Positions 22,994 through 35,009 of a DNA stretch of 64,000 bases are shown in pieces. Below the pieces are notes generated by a model. That model was not told the origin of the DNA and did no database searches. It saw nothing but the letters and a program-made list of their open reading frames with translations. How positions within the stretch are numbered: position 1 is the stretch's first letter; each line of letters opens with the position of its first letter. The DNA comes from Macrostomum lignano (Eukaryota). Made by a program: the position numbers and the translations under genes. Location: contig NIVC01001319.1 in the NCBI GenBank assembly GCA_002269645.1, positions 1 through 64,000 on the forward strand, read 5' to 3'.

Positions 22994-23471
22994 TCAAACA
23001 TCGATGTGAAATTCTGTAGCACCCCCGGCACCCCCGTCGCCATCTTTTCTTGGCTTTGCCCCGTCGCCGGCGGCGTCGCAGTCGCCATTGACAACGGCCG
23101 GATTGGACTCGGCCTCTTCATCAGCCTCAGCCGGGCAGGTGACTCCCGGAATGCGGGCCACGTGAACTGGCGGCGTCCTGGCCAGCGGGCTGTCGCGCCT
23201 GCTCAGCAGGAACTCGCGGTCGTACACAATCCTGGTGCCGCCCGGAGTGGTGCTGAAGATGGTGCCGCCGGGCGTCTGCGAGTAGTCGCGGGGCAGCTGC
23301 GAGCCGCTGGTGATTCGGACGCGACGCACCATGGGGATGCCGCCGCTGCTGGTCTCGTTGCCGTTCACCTCCTGGTTGGAGGAGTTCAGAGGACATCAAA
23401 GTAGAAACAGATGCCAGAGGACAGGAGTTGACAAGTGCAAAAATATTACTCACTGGACCCTTGTTTGACAT
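22994..23471 (-). CDS. EIF4EBP: eIF4E-binding protein (4E-BP/Thor-like), 131 aa
   Basis: Exon 1 23471-23454 (MSNKGP|gtgagt), 82-nt intron, exon 2 23371-22994. [27 protein letters not shown] (TP sites and YxxxxLphi motif), SPLARTPP, and C-terminal TOS-like FHIDV. Confidence 0.95.
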
Positions 23472-24494
23472 GGCTGACTGGTTGATGAGCAGATGGGCTT
23501 GGGAGATTGTAAAAGTTGCTCTGAATGCGCTGGAATGAGTTTTGACAGTGAGAACATTTACATAATTGCCAGTTAAGCTCAACAGTTATACAGTTGCATT
23601 CCTATTCGTTTTGGAGAACTTTTTGAAATAAATAGTATTTTGAGCAAAATGATGCAATAATTAGCTTATGAGCATTTATTTTACTTTTAGAGAAACATTT
23701 GTTTGCTTTTCAAGCAGTTTTTATATCCAAATTGATACCCTTGGCGCATATTGATTCAACCTGTTTATGGACCTGTTTAGTTTATAGACAATACGAGTAT
23801 ATTGGTAAGTAGTATTATTATTAAAGCTTTGTTTTATTTTACTCATGACAGCATATGGTATTACGAGCGTATATTATATTATAGCAAAGAATGACACAAT
23901 GCTTCACAGTCTCAGCCTCTAGGCCTTATTGACAATTAATTCAAACTTCATCACTTTGGCTGGACAGCAAGGCAGCCCTTCAATTCAAGTTATTGTGCAA
24001 GTTGCTCAATATAGCAGTACATACTTGTATACAAGGTTTCTTCTAACAAAGATAGACCCTATGCTACAGACTGCTAAAGTGCTTTGTGCTGGTGCAAGTA
24101 AATCTTATTCAATTGAGTCAAACTTAAAAGCCTTGATGCAGCAAAATTGAGCATTAAAGAATAATTTTTGCATTTAGAATCTCCAGTTCTTGGAGCTGGT
24201 CTGAACTGCCACAACCGGCAACACAACTAGCTGTCCAATTATTGTTTGCAATGACTTGGTGGGACTCATTGCTCACATTGCTTAGCAACACATCTTCAAC
24301 AACTTTCAGTCTACTAGGTCTTGATGATGGTGACAGATTTTTTTAAGTTTGCATTTCAATAGTTGGCTCAAATAAAAAGTATGAAATCAGTGCTCAAAAA
24401 GGCACTATCAGTAAAAAAAATTGACACAAGTGTCAAGATCTTGTTGTTTGCAATTGTCAAATGTCCCTAACCCGACCAAAAATATGTCCTTTCA

Positions 24495-24935
24495 AAAACA
24501 GTAAGTGTGCCAGTTGTGCCACAAATATGCCCTTTGACAGAGTTATAAATATCTTTGTATGTCATATTTGGCACACTTGATACAATTGTACCAATTGTGC
24601 TGTAGCTATGCCATTTGGCACAGTTTGTAAATGTTGATGTATGTCCTATTTGGCACACTTGACACAAATAGTATTTTTACTGCTAATTGGTCAGCAAAAC
24701 CAGATAGTACCCTTGGCACACTTGCTACAATTGTACCAGTTGTGCCGTGGCTATGCCATTTGGCACGGATTGTAAATGTCTCTGTATGTCCATTTTGGCA
24801 CACTTGACACAAATACTCATAGTATTTTTACTGCTAATTGGTCAGAAAAACCAGATGGCACCCTTGGCACACTTGCTACAATTGTACCAGGTGTGCCGTA
24901 GTGATGCCATTTGGCACGGATTGTAAATGTCTCTG
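24495..24935. repeat. Imperfect GGCACA/TGTGCC-rich repeat array
   Basis: Recurring GCCATTTGGCAC, GGCACACTTG, CAATTGTACCA motifs. Confidence 0.75.
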
Positions 24936-27089
24936 TGTAGTCTTTATCGTCAAAATTAATAGCAGGGGTTCTCACATAGAAGTGAGACGTCTGCGTATAC
25001 TAACAAACCAAATCCAGTAGAGCATTGTTTAACTCTTTGAAGTACAAGTAGGACTGAAGTACTAGTTATTCTTTCTTTTATTAACAAAATGTCTTTTGTA
25101 AGAGATTTCTCAGACCCAAGAAATGCATCATTAAAATTGTATGTCACACATTATTGCACATAGATGTGAGTCATATTGTACATATACATTTCTAAGAAGT
25201 AGGAACATTTTAAAATGGTTGTTATGCATAATATATGTAATATATATTTTAGCATATGTGTACTATATATGTATATATAGAGTTTGATCTTCTGTAATTT
25301 CAATATATGTTATCATCTCTCTGTTTTGTTTACAATGGTAATGTCAATGTCAATGAGTAAATAACATTTGTATTAAAATTAAGTTGTACACAAATAGTAC
25401 TTTATTTTTGAAACATGACTTAAGTCTTATTGTGTCATTAAGTCATTAGCTTTTTGTCAAATAGATAATCATGATATTTTATTAGACTGCTGGCATATCA
25501 GACATGATACAACCATAAGGCATAAGGAATAGGAAAGGAATGCACTATTTAGACAAAAGTTTCACTATATAAGGAGAATTACAATGCTAAATAAATCTAA
25601 GTCGCCTAAATCTTCTTTACTTGCATTTTGTGAGTAGCTATTCAAGATATATTAATAGAATTAATAAAAACAGTATGTATTCATTGAATATATTGTAGCA
25701 TATATATAAACAAAAGTATAAACTTAAACTAGTTAGTTGCATTACTTTTTTAACTTGGCCAAATTTTAAAAGTGAGGTGTCTTTTTACTCATAATGAAGC
25801 AATATCATATTTTATCAAAAGATGTTTTCAACTTTCAAAATCTTATTGGAGTCCCTAATATGAAAGGAGTGTGCTATTTTAGAGAAAAAAGTTTAACACA
25901 CAAGATAGATAACTACAATGCTGATTGAAGTATAAATTTAAAGTTGGCAATTTTTTCCATTAAATGATGAGATGGTCAACTTTGATTTGTTCCCAATTAA
26001 ATGCCTTATTATATATAAATTATTTCAGCATTAAATATGCAGCATGAGCGACACAAAAGTGTGCTAACTGGCACCTCCAATGGTGTGTTGCATTATTTAA
26101 ATTAGATAAAGCCAACGAAGCTACCAGAGTGGCAGTCTTTGAACTTTGGAAGGCCCAGCAGCATCTGCTTTTCGCCAATAGCCATTTTGAGGTTATCTGG
26201 CAAATGGGAAATGCCACATGGGAATTAGAGTCATCCCAAGTGGTCGATGCGGCGGCCTTGGAGGTAGATGCTGCCAAACACTGGTCAGAAACATTGGCCA
26301 AAGTAGCCAATGAAATGGCAGAGGCTTTAAAAGAGCATGAGACCAGACTGGCTGCTGTTGAATGTTGCTGCCAAGCCAGTAGTGTTGCAGCTGGCACCAT
26401 CAATGACACACCAGCCACTCCCAGTGCCAAGGCGGAGCCGCACAAGCCAAGCGGCGCCGTCAATGACACACCAGCCACTGCCAGTGCCGACGCGCAAGCC
26501 GAGTGTTGACATCACAATGCTCATAAGATCAGCAGTTGGTGACATCAATGACATCACCTACTACCCTACTTTGTATGGCGTTTTGTACAGTTCAGGAGTC
26601 TGTACACACGTGCTCAACCACTACGTTACTAACATTAAGACAGTACTTGTTCCAACCTGTCTGAAGGAACAATGTTTACTATTTTGGCAAGATAGATACT
26701 GTAAGCTGTATAGTATCAATACTGCACAGTGGATAATGGGATGCGGCTATACATGTTCCAATTTTGCAGTATGGTCCACTGCAAACAAGTTTGTGCAGTG
26801 TTGCAAACTGCAGCACCTGGCTGCTCATCAGCAACCAAAAGAACTTTCATTCGAACTGGCTGATGCACTGGAGACTCTCCGAAGCTACCAGATGGATGCG
26901 CGGTCAGCTAATGCAAGGAGGAAGCATGGTGGTGGCATCTGAAACGCCGTAATGCAAGTGACTGACCACAGGCTTTGGGACTGTGCGCTGCGTCTACACC
27001 TGGTGCAGCTTGCACTGAGGCTGTGGCATCAATAACTCCGATTTTGGCAGATGATTGGCAGGTTGTCATTGATTTGACTGCTTTTTCTT

Positions 27090-27588
27090 GACAAAATTAA
27101 GCAACATTTCGTGCGGTATCTTGAGCAACCTGTGGACGCAGCTATCACAATTGACAATATGCTGGCCAACGACAACAACAAAGCACCTACTGGTACAGTA
27201 AGCTACTAATAGTCCTTCATTTATGATTGCACACATACCCTACTTACTCCAGTCCTTAAATAACAAACATATGCAGCCTACTGGTTTTGCCTTTACATCA
27301 AATGTCACCCAGACCGGGGCCATGGCCCAGGTATGGATGTACAAAGAATCGACAACTCCAACCAATCTCAATGCACTGCTCCGCAAGATAGTGCAGGGTT
27401 GCTTTAGTGACAACAAGCTTTTGGTCATGTTGTTGCCTGGTTGCACTTCTGAACCTAGATGGCCATGCCTGCCAGTAGATGCACGGCGTTTACAAGCAAT
27501 CATCAATTACTTGGCCGGCCTTGACATCTGCACAGATATGAAAATGGTCAAACAGGCATATGTCCAGTGCTCCATCACCATCAGTTGA
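27090..27588 (+). pseudogene. BEN-domain-like relic, spliced
   Basis: In-frame intron 27198-27252. ALLRKIVQGCFSDNKLLVMLLPG...LPVDARRLQAIINYL...DMKMVKQAYVQ fits the BEN pattern; upstream frame has stops. Confidence 0.5.
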
Positions 27589-28359
27589 CATGAAAAGCAC
27601 TCTGGACATTTGCCTATAAAGAAACAACATCAAGGAGCAGCTGCTGGTGCCACTGACACTGTGCAGACATTGGAGGCTACTGATGCATCTTGCAAGGCCT
27701 GAGTGCAGAAAGTCTGCTGTGACTTCTGTCCAAGCTACTAAACTTGTTTATGACAAATACAGGAGCAATTTAGACTGGCATGTTTTTCCCCCACATTTTT
27801 TGTTTTTCACTGGAAATTTGCTCTTTCTCACATAGATTAACCAACTACATTAAACTATAGTTAGCTTCAGTCTCGTAAATTAGAATAACACCAAGAATTA
27901 GGCTTGTTCTGCCCTTATTGCATGGGTCCCCAACCCACTGTTAGCATTGGGCCACATTCAATATTTATGCAATAAGATACGCAGGCCACAAAAAGTGCAC
28001 AAATTGTTGCCTCTATTTTTCTGTTGGCTTCCATTTATGCGCATTTTTTAGTTTTGCAGCCTTCTCTAATTTTCTGTTTTGCACATGTTTTTTGTCACAT
28101 TTCCTACTTTCCATAAATATACGTATTTATGCAACATCCCTTTTTCCAACTGTTTTAATTATTTGAAAATTTAATTTACATTGACTACTCTTTTCATTTT
28201 GTCTTCCTTCCCTCATTTAAACATTTACTTCTCGCAAAGTCATACATACACTTCATAACTCATAGCTGACTAATGGGTCAACTATAATAGCTAGCATCAG
28301 ATAGCACATTATGCGCTTAGTTTAACTGCTTTAAACTGCAAATTTACTTGTCTGACTAA

Positions 28360-28615
28360 TTTACACCAAATGGCACATTGCGCGCTAGTTTAACTGCTTC
28401 AAACTGCACATTTATTTGTATTGTGCCAAATGGTACCAAGTTGTGCCAAGTTGTGCACAATTATAAGCATTCAAAAATAGCTTAGACAACTAGCACAGTT
28501 GTGGCACAGTTGTGGCATAGTAGTGCATAACTAAAAATTTGATTATTAATTGTGTCACATGTGCCAATTGGCATAGCTTGGTGCAGTTATATTTGTGCCA
28601 AGCTGTGCCACCAAT
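28360..28615. repeat. Second GGCACA/TGTGCC-rich array, related to 24495-24935
   Basis: TTGTGCCAAATGG is the reverse complement of the left-array CCATTTGGCACA motif. Confidence 0.6.
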
Positions 28616-31209
28616 TGTCGATTCTCGCCAATTTTGTGTCATTTTGACAGTTATTTTGGAATTCCCTCAATTCATTTTTTGTGCTATTTGACACATTTAA
28701 AGAACAATTATTTCTGGTTGGGAAGACTTATGGAAATATTGACTCTTAAAATTGCTTTCAACAAACTTCAAATCCTAGTCACTATAGACATGAAAGTAGC
28801 AAACATCATCTATGGAATATAGCCACATTATTGCACATATCCATGCCCTTATTTATTGCAAAGCTCTGGTTCTTCTTACAAAAACAAGGTGCCAAAAACT
28901 CTTGAGAGAATTTGGCAGTTTGCTTAGCAGTTTCAAGCAGCTGGTCAAGTAGATGCAAAAGCAAATATTAAAAAAAACTATATCAACATTACAATGACAA
29001 GGCAATGACAAGGCAATAATGATAAAGAAGTTCTATTAATAAATAACAACCAGCTAATAGCCAACTAATAACTAGTCATGACCAATTTAAATTACATAAT
29101 TTACTCACTATATTAGGTAGACCACAAAATGCATATATTTTCTAAAAAATAATAACAAATTCAGTGTACATTAGTCTAGTTTTACAAAACAACTGTACCC
29201 TAAGAATTTCTACAGATTGAACTTGAAAAGTAGGTGAATTTTCTTTTAATTATAGAGGTTTTAACTTTAATTTTAACTTAATACATGGATACCCTTGATT
29301 AAATTGTAAACCCCTTTAACTAAATTTTATTTGAGCCATTCATAATGTTCATCCTATGTTCATGAGCTGTGTCACCTGCAATATTAGTATACATAATGGA
29401 CTTAAGCATCATATAGTGAATGAAGGCTATAATGTCATCTAATAGCTACTATATCACAAATGATAGTCTATTGAGCTATTCAGTATTAGAGACCAGAGGC
29501 CTAAGAATGATGCCACTATGAGCTGGAGCTCTGCTAAGGGTTGCAAGCAGGTATGCATTACTTATCTAGAAGTGGCATATCAAGAGGAACACAAAAAGGG
29601 AACAGAATGCATTCAAAAGTCAGTGAGCTCCTTGAGTCAAGTAATCACAAGTTTATGCAGCTCTCAAACACTAGTGGCGAGCCCATGCCTAGCTTGCTAC
29701 TGCTACTGCTGCTATAGATATTGGTTCTCTTTTGCTGCTTACAAACTACTGCAGCAAATTTATTAACCCTTGCTAATGTTTTTGCTACTGTTGCTACTTT
29801 ATTTAATAGTGTGCTAGAGCTTTTCTACTTGATGCTACTGATGAAGGCAACATTACTGACTTGGAGCTGGATAAGTTAGACACTAGTAAGCACAAAGTAT
29901 AGGAATAGCAATAATTGCAGCAGCAGCATGCAATTCCTATTCCTAGAAAATATAAAGCATGCAAAGATGCTAGCAAAAATCAGCTTATCTGACATGATTT
30001 ACAATCTTGAGCTGGGCCCTACATCTCCAAAAAATACCAACTGAGGTTTAGCCCATAGCTGCAACCACAAATGAATTACTGCAACAGTCAGCACTTTACT
30101 TTATCTAGCTAGTTTTTCCTAGTAGTGTTACAGCTGAATATTGAATTTAATTATAGAGGGGATTTTTCATTTTCACTTGAGCAATTTGTTAATCTCAAGC
30201 TTAAAATAAGTAAATAATGTAGTGATTATTTTATTCTAACAAATTTTAGCAAGGATGACTACTTGCTTCTCTATTGCTCATTTGAGCAAATATTGATTTA
30301 ATTTCAATGATAAGAAATCAAAGTGCATTGTAAATGCACTTAATATTTGTAGCTCATACTTGTACTTTGCCAATTAGCATTTCTTTGTTATTGTCCCATT
30401 CAGTTACATCTATGACTACAACCTTAGAACCCTCATTATTGCCTTTCCCTGGACATGTCTTCTTTCTAAGCAACTTGTTGGCACAAAGCTACTCATATTA
30501 CAGTGCAAATATAAAGCACAATATTATTAGACATAACAATAAAATATAAAGCATAGGATCACAAGACATAACAGATATTTATCATTGATAATTATTCATT
30601 TGGCAAACATTTTGTATCAAGATAAATTATGAGATTATGATCTATATATTGCAAAAATGTAATAAATTTATGAATTTTTCACAATATCTCATTACTTTTT
30701 TAACTTTATATTTAATGTAAGCATTATAGATTGATCAAGCTATGCTAGGATATCATATGTTTAAAGTGTGAATGCAAATTGAAATTGATTTTGGTTTGAT
30801 TTACAATCTTTTTTAACTTGTATTTCTAATGTAGTTAGTCATACCATTGTTTTTTTCTAAAAATGGTTATGCAAAATGTAATGAAGTTCTAGATTTTTTA
30901 AAAGTTTATAGCTTTAGGTTATTTAACTTTGCACTAATCAAGAATTGCAAAGTCTGTACTATAGTGCATGTTAACTTTGGAAAGGATCATCTCAATCAAG
31001 ATTACATAAAAGCCTTTTAAAAATACAATCATTCAAGTTTTGCTTTAATTACTGACTCTCAAAAATAGGTCATAGATAAGTTCAACAAAGACTAGAGAGA
31101 CTAGTGCCTAAAACTCCAAAAAGATATCTTTAGATTATTATTGGCAACTGGAATACTTGAATTGGCAAAGGGTAAGCCAAAACAAAAAGGCTGAAAAAGT
31201 GGGTATGGT

Positions 31210-31906
31210 ACAAACTTAAGAAAGAAGGATAAAGCAAAGCTAGTATTTCATAAGAAGAAGACACTTTCAATGAAATAGAAATCAAGATAATACATAAACT
31301 ACAGAACATTGTGTTTAAAAATGCTTTGAATAAGGTTAAAGGCCTCAATTTACATTTAGTCATCTGCATCTTTGAATGGTAAAATACAAGTATGCACTAT
31401 GCCGATATAATGGACCAATATAAAACTATAAAACTAGCTCATGACCTACTTAGAATGTCACCATTGGTTGGACTGGTTTTAAATAATAGGGTAGATTAAA
31501 ACTATTAAATCACACTATAGTCTAAAATTGAAATAGCTTGTATAAAAAAATCAAATTCCAAACTTGATATTTAGATCCTTGCTACTTGCTATATCTACTA
31601 GCCTATTTTGTTGGCTAATACTTGTATAAATCTATATCATACTTAATTTTAGCTTTTTGCTTAGGCCCTATTGCTCATTAAGATACTGACTTGTACTATT
31701 CTCTATTTCTAATTTTAGGACCTTTGCTTACTTACACTTTTATTTTAAATCTTTTGCATATTAAATTGCTTACAGAAATGAAGAATATTTTAATAAAAAT
31801 TCATAAATAAGGGCAACTAAAAAGACAAAAAGATTGGCTATAAACTACTAGAGAATAGCAGCTTCCCATGGAGTTACAATGAGCTGTCTGCAAGATGGCA
31901 AGAAAC
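31210..31906. repeat. Left arm of ~697-bp inverted duplication
   Basis: Reverse complement of 34312-35009 with few mismatches. Confidence 0.92.
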
Positions 31907-34311
31907 TGATAGCTAAAAACACCAATAGGTACTATTTCATAGAGACTGAGGTAGCTTTTGCAAGTGCCATTATTTAAGCTACCAAACAGCAGATTCCAAT
32001 GACCAGAAAGCAACTACTTGTGATAGCATCAAAAATGCTTTAGAAATGTATTAGGGAATTTCAAACAGGTCTTTGTACTATCAAAGAGGTAGGAAAAATC
32101 CATTTTCATACTCCTTTTCCAATTTTTTTCATATTACCCTGCTTTTGCTATTCTTTATACTCACTTGCTCCTTTTGCTGTCTTTTGGCTAATTGTTTTTT
32201 AGACCTACACAAGTACCAGTTGTCCATTGAAGTCCTTAGGCTACTAAGGAAAAAGCTAATTATGCTATATAGCTTGGTCCCCAATGCTACCTATATCATA
32301 TAGCTGTTAGACTTAGATATGTTTTGACTAGTGAAAGGTAGCTGGTGTAAGCTCCTGGCCAAGCAAATATTATTTGGTTATCAGTGAAACAATTAATAGG
32401 CTACAGTTTATATGTTTATGGTGATATTGTATAGTAGAGAAAAATGGTAAAGAACATCTAGTCAGGATTTAGAAAGGCTAGGATCTATCACTAGAATCCA
32501 GATATGCTAACATTCAAAAGTCAAGAAAGACAACGGATGTTGATGGTGACAATGGGGCTCTGTGGCTAAAGTCTATAATTATCAAGCCAACAAATAGAAG
32601 TACCCCAGTGCCCAATGATCCAAACACCCAAGCAGCCTTGCTACATAGCCAGGCTAAAAAGCATATGGTAGTAGAAGCTGCATTAGGCAAGCATTAGCCA
32701 CCAAGCTCAACATGAACTTTGCTTAGTGCTTATGGCTTTAAAACTAATTTTGCATTGGGCTAAACTATGGCTACAATAGCAATAACCATCACTAACCTCA
32801 ATACTATAGCTATTTCTAGCAGATGTTGAGCCAACAACCTAGTCAGGTCAATTTCTACAAGCCACCTACAATGCCCATGCCAGCAAATTGCCCTGGCAAG
32901 TGGCTATATGACCTTATGGAGGAGGTCAACATAGTGCTGCTAGCCCCTAAGCTAGAGGCCATCTAGGCCCTAGAGCCAGAATGGTATGTAACATTACCCC
33001 TCTTGCCTTCAAATTGGATAAGCAACTCTAGCTAGCCATTGCTGGCAGATGCACTGTTGCAAGGCCTAAATAAGATTGTGCATAGCTGCCTCAGGGTAGT
33101 AACCTCAGAGATTATGACTATTCTCTTCTTAGAACTAAGGACCTAGTAAATGGAGTATCTAAGGAAAATTTGTCCAAAACAAGTCTATGCAAATTTCTAG
33201 CTTTACAAGTGCCAAATTACAATTAGCAACAATTTAAAGTTGCAATTCTCACAAAACCAGCCAACAAACACAAAATTTTTCTTTTTTCTGCCCCCACCTT
33301 AGACTTAATAACATTTGAGATAGTGTAGTATATTTAGCCTTATAGTATAGAATATTTCTGTTATGCAAACAACTTATTTTTTAGAAATTATTGTATTCAA
33401 ATTTTTGCCAAATAATAATATTTTTGTTTTAATGTTATCTGCACAAATAATATTGAACGAAATTAAGTTTGTTTTAAATACATAGACAGAACAGTATAAA
33501 TAGGAGCCCAGAATAGGCCAAGAGGAGCATGTGCTTATATTTGCTTGCTCAAGTAAGACAGTGACAATTAGTCCACTCAATAAATATTACAAAATTTTCT
33601 TACTTGACTTATTCATTGTGATAGTATAAAGCCCCAAATTGGGAGTATTACTAAACAGACTGCTAAAAAGCGAGAATTGCCTCAGGGCAGTAACCTCAGA
33701 AAGTGTATAAATCACCTCAGAGCAGAGAATTTGCTAAGGCTGTGACCCTCTGATCTAGAGAATGCCTAGGACTAAGAGAAAACCTAACCTATAAGAATAG
33801 ACAGTGCTATTAGACATAGGCCCTTACCTAATAAACATATACAACATAATAAAAAACTAAGCAAATAATGATTCTATGATTATATGAATGATGCCCACTT
33901 ACCCACCTTTTATCCCTTGGTCAAGACAAGACTTAGTCTTAGGCAAAGTAGGCCTAGCCACCTAATTCTATTTGTTGTGTTGTCCAGTCTGTAGCCATTC
34001 TACTCCTGCTATGTAGGGGGCCTACATTTAACATTGGTTTAATGTCAGTAAAAACTAATTGGCCAAAGTGATAAAGGCCTACATTATGCCCAATATATAA
34101 GCATACAGGCCGAAGCAAAATGCTTAAATAAAATAATATTGAAAAGTTGTGTCATGACAATAAGTTTTATAACTTTTTTTATTATTTGACCAATTTTTAA
34201 AGGTAATGTGTCTTTACTTTTACTTAGATGAGCCTAAATAAAATTTATCAAATGATATAAAGAAAAGGCTACTAAAAATAACTTTTTAAATCTCAATCTG
34301 ACTCTCACAGT

Positions 34312-35009
34312 GTTTCTTGCCATCTTGCAGACAGCTCATTGTAACTCCATGGGAAGCTGCTATGCTCTAGTAGTTTATAGCCAATCTTTTTTGTCTTTTT
34401 AGTTGCCCTTATTTATGAATTTTTATTAAAATATTCTTCATTTCTGTAAGCAATTTAATATGCAAAAGATTTAAAATAAAAGTGTAAGTAAGCAAAGGTC
34501 CTAAAATTAGAAATAGAGAATAGTACAAGTCAGTATCTTAATGAGCAATAGGGCCTAAGCAAAAAGCTAAAATTAAGTATGATATAGATTTATACAAGTA
34601 TTAGCCAACAAAATAGGCTAGTAGATATAGCAAGTAGCAAGGATCTAAATATCAAGTTTGGAATTTCATTTTTTTATACAAGCTATTTCAATTTTTGACT
34701 ATAGTGTGATTTAATAGTTTTAATCTACCCTATTATTTAAAACCAGTCCAACCAATGGTGACATTCTAAGTAGGTCATGAGCTAGTTTTATAGTTTTATA
34801 TTGGTCCATTATATTGGCATAGTGCATACTTGTATTTTACCATTCAAAGATGCAGATGACTAAATGTAAATTGAGGCCTTTAACCTTATTCAAAGCATTT
34901 TTAAACACAATGTTCTGTAGTTTATGTATTATCTTGATTTCTATTTCTTTGAAAGTGTCTACTTCTTATGAAATACTAGCTTTGCTTTATCCTTCTTTCT
35001 TAAGTTTGT
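34312..35009. repeat. Right arm of ~697-bp inverted duplication
   Basis: See left arm; the same spurious ORF start MQMTKCKLRP... appears on opposite strands. Confidence 0.92.

Noticed and set aside
26170-26240. HFEVIWQMGNATWELES, resembling a chromodomain motif
   Set aside because: Too short and lacks the rest of the fold
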